NCBI GenBank assembly: GCA_050695215.1
Contig: JBOGSD010000013.1
Coordinates: 1 to 59,460 of the forward strand
Source: a bacterium
Lineage (GTDB): Bacteria; Sysuimicrobiota; Sysuimicrobiia; Sysuimicrobiales; Humicultoraceae
Reading direction: 5' to 3'
DNA: 59,460 nucleotides
The notes below the pieces were generated by a model, which worked only from the letters and a program-made list of their open reading frames with translations, ran no database searches and was not told the origin of the DNA. Of the stretch, positions 16,211 through 25,228 are shown piece after piece. How positions within the stretch are numbered: the first letter of the stretch is position 1; every line of letters starts with the position of its first letter. The translations under genes and the position numbers were made by a program.

Positions 16211-16639
16211 TCAGATGTTAGGGCGCACGTCGACCGGGAAGGTCAGCCGGCCCGTTGAAGTCCCGCGACGGATGATCACTTCAAGCCAGGCAGGGCCAAC
16301 GTTCAGGAACTTGATTTCGGTCCGATAGACTCCAGGTGCGACGGGACTCGTCCTTGCCAGGTCCGGCCTCTGCCTCTCTGCCCCATACCGGAGGGTCACC
16401 CCGTCAACGGGGACAGAGCGCTGCCGGTTGTCGGTAAGCACTACCTCGACCGGAATTGGGCCGGTCCTTGGCGGGTCGGGGGCCATGCGGATCGTGACTT
16501 GCACCTGCGTGCCGGCCAGATCGACCGCCCCCGACCGGGGAGGGGTTTGGAGGACCGTGTTGAGCAGCGCCAGGCCCGCAAAGAGGATGACGCCGAAGCC
16601 CGCGAGGTAGACGACCTGTTTCCTCCGGCGCCCCTTCAA
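16211..16639 (-). CDS. TM-anchored FixH/YtkA-like domain protein
   Basis: 142 aa. N-terminal anchor, then a beta-rich domain (VQVTIRMAPDPPRTGPIPVEVVLTD...YRTEIKF). Confidence 0.45.
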   Translation of the reverse strand: MKGRRRKQVVYLAGFGVILFAGLALLNTVLQTPPRSGAVDLAGTQVQVTIRMAPDPPRTGPIPVEVVLTDNRQRSVPVDGVTLRYGAERQRPDLARTSPVAPGVYRTEIKFLNVGPAWLEVIIRRGTSTGRLTFPVDVRPNI

Positions 16640-16677
16640 CTCTCGATGCGAAGGGACGATGAGCTTTCTCCTCTAGG

Positions 16678-18630
16678 TTATGCCCGGCCGGGAGCCAGCC
16701 GCCGCCGCCCCGGAAGCACTGCGACAAGGGTGCCCGCGGTGATCACGCCAGCCCCCACCCAGATCCAGAACACGAGGGGATTCAGCAGGATCCGCAGGCG
16801 TGCCTCCCCTTCGATCACACCGCTGAAGATGACATACAGGTCGTCCCGAGGCGTCGATCTGAGACCTATCAAAGTCACGGGCTGCTGGGAGGCCAGGTGC
16901 ATGACTTGGGCCGGGCTGAGCTCGCCTAAGTCGCGGCCGGCGTTCGACACGGAGATCCGGGCAGCCATCCCGGCCCGGGTGCTGTCGCGATAGGGGATCA
17001 CCCCGTTGAGGGTCAGGCGGTACCGCCCGATCTGCACCTGGCCCCCCGGAGCGAGGCCCGTTTCGACCTGACGCGAAAACGCGGAGGAGGCCGTGATCCC
17101 CACGACCATCAACAGCACGCCGACGTGGACGATGTAGCCTCCGTATCGCTGCGGGTTCACGCGAAGCAGGGAGAAAACGCCTCCAGCCATCCCCTCGCCA
17201 AGGCGCCGCCGAGCCGCGAGTCCGCGGCCGAACTCACTGAGCGTGATGGCGACAACGAAGACCGATAGTACGAAACCGCTCAGGGCCGCAGGCTTGCGGA
17301 TGCCGAAGACGATCAGGACCACGCCTGCGGCCGCGGCCAGCATCCCCGCCGCGTAGAGCCTCCGGCCGAGGCGGGCGGGGGACTCCTGCACCCATGGGAT
17401 ATGCGTGCCGATGCCCATCAGCAGGAGCGTCAACAGGGCAATGGGCACGAAGACCTGGTTGAAGTACGGCGGCCCGATGAAGATCTTGATGCCCTTGACG
17501 GCCTCGTAGAGCATAGGGAAGGTCGTGCCCAGGAATACGGTCGCAGCGGCGGCGGTGAGCACGACGTTGTTGAACAGGAACGAGGCCTCCCTGGAAAGGA
17601 GGGACTCCAGGTAGTTGTGCTCGCGCAGCCGGTCCATGCGCGCCAACAGCAGGCCAAGAGTCGCCGTCATGGCGACGGCGAGGAAGATCACGAAAACCGG
17701 GCCGATCGAGGACCGGGCAAAAGAGTGGACGGAGGACACCACCCCGCTGCGCGTCAAGAATGTTCCGAAGATCGAGAGGCCGAACGCCACGATGATCAGC
17801 CCAAGGTTCCAGACGCTCAGCATGCCGCGGCGCTCCTGCACCATCACCGAATGCAGGTAGGCGGTCATCACGAGCCAGGGCATAAACGCGGAGTTCTCAA
17901 CAGGGTCCCACCCCCAGTATCCGCCCCACCCCAGGACGTGATAGGCCCACCACCCCCCGATCGTCAGGCCCATGCCCAGGAAGTACCAGCTCATGATGGC
18001 CCACCGGCGCATGCTTCTGAGCCACTCCTCGCCCAGCTCCCCCGTGATGAGCGCGGCCACGGCGAAGGCGAAGGGGACGGTGATCCCCACGTAGCCCAGG
18101 TACAGCGTGGGGGGATGGATGAACATCCCCGGATCCTCGAGGAGCGGGTTCAGGTACCGCCCGTCCGCCGGGGGAAAGGGGAGTCTGTCAAACGGGTTCG
18201 ACACGCTTGAGAGAAGAAGGAGAAAGAAGGCCAGCACGCCCATGAGGACCGCGATCACGTAGGGCATCAGGCGCTTGTGCCGGTCACGATTGATCAGCAC
18301 GACCGCCGCGCCATAGAGGCTGAGGATCCAGGCCCACAGGAGGAGTGAGCCGTCCATACTCCCCCAGAAACCGGAGATCCGGTACGCCAGAGGGGTGGAG
18401 AGGTTGGTGTTCTCGGCGACATAGCTGACCGAGAAGTCGCGCCCGATGAAGCTCCCCACCAGGATCGCCGACGCCACCGTCAGAAGGAACGCGATCGCAA
18501 TCACTCCCCGCCGGGCTCCGATGAGGAGGGGCTCGTGGGCGCGCCGGGCCCCGGCCACCGCGGCCGTGATCGCGTACGCGCTCGTGACGAGGCTGGCGAG
18601 GACCGCGAAGTATCCGAGATCCGCCATCAT
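16678..18630 (-). CDS. ccmF: Cytochrome c-type biogenesis heme lyase CcmF/NrfE family
   Basis: 650 aa, polytopic. W-rich motif WGGYWGWDPVENSAFMPWL. Confidence 0.85.
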   Translation of the reverse strand: MMADLGYFAVLASLVTSAYAITAAVAGARRAHEPLLIGARRGVIAIAFLLTVASAILVGSFIGRDFSVSYVAENTNLSTPLAYRISGFWGSMDGSLLLWAWILSLYGAAVVLINRDRHKRLMPYVIAVLMGVLAFFLLLLSSVSNPFDRLPFPPADGRYLNPLLEDPGMFIHPPTLYLGYVGITVPFAFAVAALITGELGEEWLRSMRRWAIMSWYFLGMGLTIGGWWAYHVLGWGGYWGWDPVENSAFMPWLVMTAYLHSVMVQERRGMLSVWNLGLIIVAFGLSIFGTFLTRSGVVSSVHSFARSSIGPVFVIFLAVAMTATLGLLLARMDRLREHNYLESLLSREASFLFNNVVLTAAAATVFLGTTFPMLYEAVKGIKIFIGPPYFNQVFVPIALLTLLLMGIGTHIPWVQESPARLGRRLYAAGMLAAAAGVVLIVFGIRKPAALSGFVLSVFVVAITLSEFGRGLAARRRLGEGMAGGVFSLLRVNPQRYGGYIVHVGVLLMVVGITASSAFSRQVETGLAPGGQVQIGRYRLTLNGVIPYRDSTRAGMAARISVSNAGRDLGELSPAQVMHLASQQPVTLIGLRSTPRDDLYVIFSGVIEGEARLRILLNPLVFWIWVGAGVITAGTLVAVLPGRRRLAPGRA

Positions 18631-19052
18631 GGTCGGAATGCGTCGGCTGGGCCGCTCGGAGCCGTGCGCGTCCAGCGGCGGAGGGTGGAGATGGCGATGG
18701 CCGCCGCCAGGACAAGGACGGCGAACGGCCCGATCCAGACGATGAGGCTCAACCCTCGTTTGGGCGGCGCCGCCAGGATGGACTCACCGTACCGGCTCAC
18801 GAAATAGGTGATGATTTCTTCTGGGCTCTTGCCCTGCTTGAGTTTGTCCCTGATAAGAGCCCGCATCTGCTCGGCCAGTTCTGCGTTCGATTCCGCGACG
18901 GTTTGGCCTTCGCAGACCGGGCACATCAGCCGACCGGAGATCTCCCAGACGCGCTCATCCAGCGTCTGGGCACCAGAGCGTTCAGCAGAGAGCAGCCAGG
19001 CGAGAGCGGTCACCAAGACCACAAGCGACAGCACGCGTTGGAGACTCCTCAT
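18627..19052 (-). CDS. ccmH: Cytochrome c-type biogenesis protein CcmH
   Basis: LMCPVCEGQTVAESNAELA...SPEEIITYFVSRYGESIL followed by a TM helix. Confidence 0.8.
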   Translation of the reverse strand: MRSLQRVLSLVVLVTALAWLLSAERSGAQTLDERVWEISGRLMCPVCEGQTVAESNAELAEQMRALIRDKLKQGKSPEEIITYFVSRYGESILAAPPKRGLSLIVWIGPFAVLVLAAAIAISTLRRWTRTAPSGPADAFRP

Positions 19053-19579
19053 CGGGACGCGCTGCCGGACAAGAGCGGCTCCACGTTGCTGATGATGAGC
19101 TCCCGCGTGACAGGCCCCAAGTGCTTCAGGGCAATCCGTCCCGAGCGGTCGATGAAGAAGGTCTCGGGGATCCCGGTCACTCCGTAATCCTGCAGGATCT
19201 TCCCGCTGAGGTCAGGTCCGTTGGGATAGGTTTTGCCGAACTCCCGAATCATGGCCAGCGCGTCCTGTTGCCGGTCCCAGATATTCACCCCGACCAACAC
19301 CAGCCCGCGGGGGCGATAGGTCACCCACGTCCATTGCAGGACAGGTGACTCCTGCTTGCAGGCGGTGCACCAGGATGCCCAAAAGTTGATGAGAACAACT
19401 CTGCCGCGAAGGTCCGCCAGACGGAGGCGGTCGCCTTCGAACAGGTCGAGCGTGAAGTCGGGCGCCGGCGCGCCGACCAGCGGCGTGCTCCACGGCGGCT
19501 TCTCGCGGGCCACGCCCAGCGCCAGAACCGCCAGAACGGCGGCCAGGGCCCCCAGGACGGCCGCCCTTTGCCAGCGCAT
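19049..19579 (-). CDS. Thiol:disulfide oxidoreductase, DsbE/CcmG/ResA-like
   Basis: INFWASWCTACKQESP thioredoxin motif with an N-terminal anchor. Confidence 0.8.
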   Translation of the reverse strand: MRWQRAAVLGALAAVLAVLALGVAREKPPWSTPLVGAPAPDFTLDLFEGDRLRLADLRGRVVLINFWASWCTACKQESPVLQWTWVTYRPRGLVLVGVNIWDRQQDALAMIREFGKTYPNGPDLSGKILQDYGVTGIPETFFIDRSGRIALKHLGPVTRELIISNVEPLLSGSASR

Positions 19580-19596
19580 GCGCTGCGCGCCTAAGT

Positions 19597-19878
19597 TTAA
19601 TTCCTCCCGACGGACTCGACGGGCGCCGGTTCCTCGGACGAGTGGTGCTCACTGATAGTCCTTGCGGCCTCCTTCTTGCCGTCGGTCGACTCCATACCGT
19701 GGTGGCTCATACTCCCGGTTCCGTGCTGCATGCCCCCCATGCCCCGCATCATCATCACGGGGCAAGCCAGCAGGGCGGCAACGATCAGCAGGGTCCCCAG
19801 TGGAACGCCTAGAGCCAAACCCAAACCTCCTGCGCCGAGTACTCCGGCCACCCACAGCCACCTGCGATCGACCTTCAT
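19597..19878 (-). CDS. DUF2933-like small membrane protein with Met/His-rich tail
   Basis: LLACPVMMMRGMGGMQHGTGSMSHHGMES. Confidence 0.45.
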   Translation of the reverse strand: MKVDRRWLWVAGVLGAGGLGLALGVPLGTLLIVAALLACPVMMMRGMGGMQHGTGSMSHHGMESTDGKKEAARTISEHHSSEEPAPVESVGRN

Positions 19879-19895
19879 CTCATCCCCTCCCGTCC

Positions 19896-20648
19896 TCAGA
19901 AGAACCGCCAGAGATCCAGGCCGAACCGGGCAAACGCCCTTTGCGCCCAGATGCTGACGTAGAACATCTTGTTCGTGATGAGAAGAGTCCCAACGGCGGC
20001 CAGCGTCAGCCCGCTCACGGCCTCGAGGGGGCGGGACAGTCGCTGCAACCAGCGGAGCGCGCCCACCGCCCGGGTGAAGGCCAATCCCGTCAAGATGAAC
20101 GGCAGTCCGAGCCCGAGCGCATACACCAGCAGCAGCAGGGCACCGGTCTTCACCGTGCCCACAGCCCCCGCGTAGAGGAGAATCGACGCGAGGATCGGTC
20201 CGATACAGGGGGTCCAGGCAAAGGCGAATGCCGCGCCCAGGAGGGCTGGGCCCAGAAACCCGCCCTTCATGCCCTCCAGGCGAAAGCGGCGCTCCCTGGC
20301 GACGAGCCCGATGCGGAGTACCCCAAGCAGGTACAGCCCCATGACGATGATAAACGCACCGGAGATCCGGTTCAGGATGAAGCGGTAACCGCCGAGCAAT
20401 GCCCCGACAGCCGAAGCGGACGCTCCCAGCGCGACAAACACGACGGTGAATCCGAGCACGAACAGCAGAGACTGCCAGAATACCCGGCTCGTCCGGACGG
20501 CTCCACCCGCCTGCAGTCCTTCTGAGGTGATCCCGGTGACGTACGAGAGGTAGCCGGGGACGAGCGGGATCACGCAGGGAGAGAGGAAGGAGACCGTGCC
20601 GGCCAGGAAGGGGATGACCCAGCCGATGGACGCTGGATCAGCGGGCAT
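19896..20648 (-). CDS. ccdA: Cytochrome c biogenesis thiol-disulfide transporter CcdA
   Basis: FLSPCVIPLVPGYLSYVTG ... AWTPCIGPIL motifs. Confidence 0.85.
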   Translation of the reverse strand: MPADPASIGWVIPFLAGTVSFLSPCVIPLVPGYLSYVTGITSEGLQAGGAVRTSRVFWQSLLFVLGFTVVFVALGASASAVGALLGGYRFILNRISGAFIIVMGLYLLGVLRIGLVARERRFRLEGMKGGFLGPALLGAAFAFAWTPCIGPILASILLYAGAVGTVKTGALLLLVYALGLGLPFILTGLAFTRAVGALRWLQRLSRPLEAVSGLTLAAVGTLLITNKMFYVSIWAQRAFARFGLDLWRFF

Positions 20649-21309
20649 TCAACAGGACCTCGATGCGCTGCGTGAGGGTCTGCTTCCCCAGATCTCCCAG
20701 GAACCCGCCGAGGTAGCGGCCGCGGATGATCCCCTCGCGGTCGATAAAGTAGGTGGTCGGAAGGTTCGCGATCCGATAGATCTCAGTGATCTTGCCCGTC
20801 GTATCGCGCACCATAGGATACGTGATGCCGAACTCCTTCACGAAGGCCATGGCATCGTCCCAAGTGTCCTGTACGATGTCCACGCCGAGGAACACAAGGC
20901 CCCGTTCTTTGTAGCGTTGATACGTGGCCTCCAGGTCTCTGGCCTCCAAGCGACATGGCCCGCACCATGATGCCCAGAAGTTCATGACCACGGCCTTGCC
21001 TCGCAAGTCGCTGAGCTTAAGCTCGCCACTGGTTTCTCTCAAAAGGGAAGCGCTGAAATCGGGAGCGCGATCGCCAACGTTTAGGCCAACCTTCGCCGGC
21101 GGAGCAGCGGTGAGGCCGGACGGCGCCTGGGTAGTGGGGCGACGTTCCAGTGGGGTTTCCGCTCGAGTGGAAGGCGAACGTTCCGAGACGACTGTCGGCG
21201 TGCCAGAGAAGTAGACGAAGAAGCCAGTGATGGCCACCGCGGCAACCCCGAGAACCAACCCGACCTTGAGGAGGCCGCGCTTGGAAGTTTCCCGAGGATC
21301 GACCGACAT
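20638..21309 (-). CDS. TlpA-family thiol-disulfide oxidoreductase
   Basis: NFWASWCGPCRLEA with an N-terminal TM anchor. Confidence 0.8.
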   Translation of the reverse strand: MSVDPRETSKRGLLKVGLVLGVAAVAITGFFVYFSGTPTVVSERSPSTRAETPLERRPTTQAPSGLTAAPPAKVGLNVGDRAPDFSASLLRETSGELKLSDLRGKAVVMNFWASWCGPCRLEARDLEATYQRYKERGLVFLGVDIVQDTWDDAMAFVKEFGITYPMVRDTTGKITEIYRIANLPTTYFIDREGIIRGRYLGGFLGDLGKQTLTQRIEVLLNAR

Positions 21310-21333
21310 GGCAGCCGCCTGTCCCCGCGAGGT

Positions 21334-21762
21334 TCACGACCTCTTGCTGCGCCGTTCCTGGATGAGTCGCTCGAGCGCGGCGAGCTTCTCCGGATCGACC
21401 TCCTGCAGGACCTCGACGAACTGGGCCACAGCGACATCGCCAAACTCGTGGACCAGGGCCGCCGCGACGTCGTGAGATACACTGGCCAGAAACGCCTGGC
21501 GGTCAACGCGGGGAGAGTAGCGGTAATTGCCTCGGCGGTCATTGCGGCGCAGCAGGCGCTTGTCGACCAGACGGTTCATCACGGTCATCACGGTGTTGAA
21601 GGCCACGGGGTGCCTGACCTTGACCTCGTCCCACACCTCGCGGATTGAGGCAGTCCCTCGCCGCCACAGCACCTCCATGACCTCGGCCTCCAGGCCTCCA
21701 AGCACCCGCCCCAGCCGACGGCCTTTCAAGCGGAAGGTCGTCACGATCTTGCCCTTCTTCAT
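21334..21762 (-). CDS. BlaI/MecI/CopY-family winged-helix repressor
   Basis: ORF 21334..21777: LGGLEAEVMEVLWRRGTASIREVWDEV...AFNTVMTVMNRLVDKRLLRR. ATG 21762 follows GGTGGGGAG. Confidence 0.8.
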   Translation of the reverse strand: MKKGKIVTTFRLKGRRLGRVLGGLEAEVMEVLWRRGTASIREVWDEVKVRHPVAFNTVMTVMNRLVDKRLLRRNDRRGNYRYSPRVDRQAFLASVSHDVAAALVHEFGDVAVAQFVEVLQEVDPEKLAALERLIQERRSKRS

Positions 21763-21796
21763 CCGGCTGCTCCCCACCTTGACCGATGCGGATTTT

Positions 21797-21813
21797 CACT
21801 ACAGACTTTAGTG
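21797..21813. promoter_or_regulatory. Operator site 3: CACTAC-AGACT-TTAGTG, in the divergent blaI-like/copCD region
   Basis: Minus sense TTGACA(21829-21834)-N18-TAAAGT(21805-21810). Plus sense TTGACC(21779-21784)-N17-CAGACT. The operator overlaps both -10 elements. Confidence 0.6.
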
Positions 21814-21883
21814 TTATAGGGAGAAATGTGTCAATGGCAATGGACAGGAATTGCCGCGTTTGACCCGTCCGAAAGGAGACATC

Positions 21884-24160
21884 GTGTCCCTAACCTCTCG
21901 CCGGCCGCTGCTTCTCCTGCTGGTCACAACCCTGTTCATCGCCGGCGGCGCCGGCGGCGCCCAAGGTCACGCGCTCCTGGAGAGCTCTGACCCGCCTGCG
22001 AACCGCCTTCTCCTCAAGTCACCGAAGGAGATCGTGCTGCGGTTCTCCGAGCCCGTCGACCCTACGCGGACGCAGATCCGCATCCTTGATCAGGAGGGCC
22101 GGCGGATCGACCGCCAGGCATTCCGGTTCACTCCGGACCGCCGTCAGGCGCGCCAGCCCCTGCGCCTACCGGGCCCAGGGATCTACACCGTTACCTGGCG
22201 CACAGTCTCAACCGTCGACCAGCACACGTACGAGGGCTTCTTCACTTTCACCCTGGGACCGCTGCGGGTCGGGGGATTCACCCTGAAGGGGGGTGTGCCG
22301 ACACTCCCCTCCCCCTGGGAGATCGCCGCGCGCTGGGGCATGTTCCTCGGCGCCGCCGTGCTCGTTGGCGGCCTGATGGTCCACCGGGTCCTCCTCCCTC
22401 ACGCCCTCGGCGTGTCGGGGATCGTTGAGCCACCCCTGGCGGGACTGCACCATCGCTGGAGGGTGGTCTCAGCGCTGGGGGTGGCCCTCTTCATTCTCGG
22501 TGCGTCAGGTGAGCTTGCGGCCCTGGCGACCCGCACCGCCCAGGCCGCAGGCGAGAACGTCATTCCGGCATTATCTCAACTCGCCGCGGGAGAGCCGACC
22601 CGCACTGCGCTCGCGATCAAGATCGCAGCTCCTCTGGCCCTGCTCGCGCTACTCCGACGCCGGCTGCCCCCCGCGCCCCCAACGTCGCGGCTGGGAGTGG
22701 TTGCTCCCGGTGCAGCCCTTCGCTTCACTGAACTGACGCTCGCGGCGGTGCTGCTGCTGGGTATCACCATCACCAGCCATGCCGCCGCCACGGGACGCCT
22801 CCTCCCCCTCCTCGCCGACTGGCTGCACCTGATCAGTGCCGCCGTCTGGGTGGGAGGCCTGATCCACCTGGCACTCGTGCTGCCTCCCAGCCTTCGGGAT
22901 CTGGGCGCCGGAGCAGGGCATCGTCTCCTCGGTCCCCTTGTCGAGCGATTCTCAAACGTCGCCCTGGTCAGCGTCTCCGTGCTCGTGGCGACCGGCGTCT
23001 ACGCCTCTCTGACGAACATCCCCACTCTGGAAGGTGTCACCGATACGACCTACGGCAGGACGCTGGCGGTTAAGATCGCCCTCGTTCTGCCCCTTCTGGT
23101 CATCGCGACGGTGAACCTCCTGTCCTTCCGCCCCGCCCTTGTGGACGCGGCAGGACGCGCCGCAGAGGTTAGGATCCACGCTCTCCACCGTCTCTTCTTC
23201 CGGCTGGTCCGCGCCGAGGTCGTCCTGGCCTCGGCCGCCTTGCTGGCGGCGGCGCTTCTGGCGCTGCTTCCGACCGCTCGCCAGGCCCTCGCTCTGGCGC
23301 CCGAACGTGCGGTGGCCCTCACCCGGCGGGCGGAGGGACTCGAGGGCACCCTCAGGATCGCGCCCTATCAGGTGGGCGAAAATACCTTCGAGCTGCGGGT
23401 CCGCAACGTGGAGTCCGGGATCTTGCTGCCGGACGCCCGCGTCCGCTTCACCTTCCAACCCCTCATGGCTGACATCGGGACCTCCTCGGTCGACGCTCAA
23501 TCCCTGGGCGACGGCCGCTTTGTCCTCGAGGGAGCATACATCGGCACGGCTGGGGCATGGCTTATCAGCGTGACCGTGAGGCTGCGGGGACGGGAGGACG
23601 TCCACCTGCTGTACCCCGTGGAGCCGGACTGGCAGAGGAAGGACGCTCTCATGCCCCGCTCCGACCCACGGGCGGAGGGCCTCCTCGCCGCGACCGATGA
23701 GGCCATGAACCGGCTCAGGGCGCTCCGCCAGCGCCAGGAGATCGCCGACGGCTCCGGCAACGACGTGGTGACGTTCTACGCGTTCACGGCGCCCGACGCG
23801 ATGCACTACAAAGTGGTCGGAGGAAGCGAGGCAATCTTCGTCGGCGAGAAGCGGTTCGACACCGACGGGAGCGGTTGGCAAGAGTCGCGGGCGCCCGACC
23901 GCTTCCGTTTTCCCAACTTCACCTATGCGGAAAACGCGACCAACGTGGTGCTGGGCCCGCGCCAGGTCGTGAATGGAGCCAGGACCCAGGCGGTCGTCTT
24001 TGTCCTCAACCTCGGCTCAGCGAGGGCGCGCTATGCCGTCTGGGTCGACGAGCGCACCCGCCGCATCATCCGCGAGGCCATGGTCGCGCGATCGCACTAC
24101 ATGACGAACGACTACTTCGACTTCAACGCGCCAATCCGGATCAGGGCTCCCGTGCCATGA
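21884..24160 (+). CDS. Copper resistance CopC-CopD fusion (YcnJ-like) with C-terminal FixH/YtkA-like and additional domains
   Basis: ORF 21851..24160. GTG 21884 follows AAAGGAGA. HALLESSDPPANRLL...LRFSEPVDP is the CopC part, followed by a polytopic CopD part. Confidence 0.8.
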   Translation: MSLTSRRPLLLLLVTTLFIAGGAGGAQGHALLESSDPPANRLLLKSPKEIVLRFSEPVDPTRTQIRILDQEGRRIDRQAFRFTPDRRQARQPLRLPGPGIYTVTWRTVSTVDQHTYEGFFTFTLGPLRVGGFTLKGGVPTLPSPWEIAARWGMFLGAAVLVGGLMVHRVLLPHALGVSGIVEPPLAGLHHRWRVVSALGVALFILGASGELAALATRTAQAAGENVIPALSQLAAGEPTRTALAIKIAAPLALLALLRRRLPPAPPTSRLGVVAPGAALRFTELTLAAVLLLGITITSHAAATGRLLPLLADWLHLISAAVWVGGLIHLALVLPPSLRDLGAGAGHRLLGPLVERFSNVALVSVSVLVATGVYASLTNIPTLEGVTDTTYGRTLAVKIALVLPLLVIATVNLLSFRPALVDAAGRAAEVRIHALHRLFFRLVRAEVVLASAALLAAALLALLPTARQALALAPERAVALTRRAEGLEGTLRIAPYQVGENTFELRVRNVESGILLPDARVRFTFQPLMADIGTSSVDAQSLGDGRFVLEGAYIGTAGAWLISVTVRLRGREDVHLLYPVEPDWQRKDALMPRSDPRAEGLLAATDEAMNRLRALRQRQEIADGSGNDVVTFYAFTAPDAMHYKVVGGSEAIFVGEKRFDTDGSGWQESRAPDRFRFPNFTYAENATNVVLGPRQVVNGARTQAVVFVLNLGSARARYAVWVDERTRRIIREAMVARSHYMTNDYFDFNAPIRIRAPVP

Positions 24161-24882
24161 ACCGATGGAGCAAGGGCACTATCGCTGCCGCAGCCGTTCT
24201 GCTGGGATTGGCGCTCGGCAACCAGGCCCGCACCGGTCTGATGATCCGCGCGCACCTCAGCGTGCTCCCCCAGGACGTCCTCGAGTTCGGCCACCGGCTG
24301 GCTCGGGCGGAACAACGGAAGGAAGCCCTGGAGAAGCAAGTCTATCAGCTGCGCCTTGAGATTGCCGCCCTCGAGCAGGCGGCCGCAGCCCGGCATCCAA
24401 GGTTAGTAGCCCTGGGCAAGCAGCTGAATGATCTGAAGAACCTGGCTGGGGTCGTGCGGTTAGAAGGCCCGGGACTCATCCTTGAACTCCGCGACAGCAA
24501 CGCCCCTCTCCTCCCGGGGCAGGACCCCAACGAGTTCATCCTCCACAACTACCAGATTGCGATCCTCATCAACGACCTCTGGGCAGCAGGAGCAGAGGCG
24601 CTCGCCGTGAACGGCGAGCGCATTGTGGCCACGACACCGATCAGGAGTATCGCGACGACGTTCATGATCAACACGAAGCGGGTGACGCCCCCTTTAGAGA
24701 TCGTCGCCATCGGCGATCCGGACCGCCTGGCGCGACACATCTCGCGGCCGGGGGGCGCCCTCGAGTTCCTTCAGGCGATGGACTTCCCCGCCCGGGTTCG
24801 CCGCGCCGACCGAGTCACCGTCCCCGCCTACAAGGGGGCATTCTTGTTCAGATACGCCAGGGCGTCTGAGGCCCGCCCCTGA
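24157..24882 (+). CDS. DUF881-family protein, paralog 1
   Basis: ATG 24157 overlaps the copCD stop (ATGA). TM helix, coiled coil, then GPGLILELRD...NDLWAAGAEALAVNGERIV. Confidence 0.75.
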   Translation: MNRWSKGTIAAAAVLLGLALGNQARTGLMIRAHLSVLPQDVLEFGHRLARAEQRKEALEKQVYQLRLEIAALEQAAAARHPRLVALGKQLNDLKNLAGVVRLEGPGLILELRDSNAPLLPGQDPNEFILHNYQIAILINDLWAAGAEALAVNGERIVATTPIRSIATTFMINTKRVTPPLEIVAIGDPDRLARHISRPGGALEFLQAMDFPARVRRADRVTVPAYKGAFLFRYARASEARP

Positions 24883-24926
24883 AGACCTGCCATCGGACCG
24901 TGACGTGGCTGCATCAGTGGATCTGA

Positions 24927-24954
24927 TTGACACTACTTTATGTAGTGATAGACT
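24927..24954 (+). promoter_or_regulatory. Sigma70-like promoter TTGACA-N16-TAGACT with operator site 4 (CACTAC-TTTAT-GTAGTG, 24931-24947) in the spacer
   Basis: Perfect 6+6 palindrome. The predicted transcription start coincides with GTG 24962, so the mRNA may be leaderless. Confidence 0.6.
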
Positions 24955-24961
24955 CGAGCCT

Positions 24962-25228
24962 GTGAACCGCGTCCAATTGCTCACCACGCCCGAGTGCACC
25001 CACTGTGGCGAGGTCCGAGGCCTGCTGAGGCGTTTCCAGGCGGAAAGGACGGATGTGGAGGTCGAGGAGATCGACGCCCGGTCGCCGCTCGGCCTGCGCT
25101 TGAGCATCGAGCACGGGGTCCTGGTGATGCCCGGGATTATCGTCAACGGGCGGTTCCTGGCCATGGGGTCACTGAATGAGACTCTGCTCTGCCGGGAACT
25201 GGCGCGGTCCGTCGGCGAGGTTCGGTGA
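24962..25228 (+). CDS. Small thioredoxin/glutaredoxin-fold protein (CxxC)
   Basis: ORF 24905..25228, trimmed to GTG 24962 because the promoter lies upstream. VQLLTTPECTHCGEV...VMPGIIVNG. Confidence 0.6.
   Translation: MNRVQLLTTPECTHCGEVRGLLRRFQAERTDVEVEEIDARSPLGLRLSIEHGVLVMPGIIVNGRFLAMGSLNETLLCRELARSVGEVR

Noticed and set aside
16199-16213. TGA 16211-16213 ends the FixH-like ORF and is in frame with the next small ORF (15953..16201). This could have been another Sec codon.
   Set aside because: Only three codons separate the TGA from an ATG start. There is no redox motif, no homology continuity across the junction and no hairpin. It is an ordinary stop followed by a new gene.
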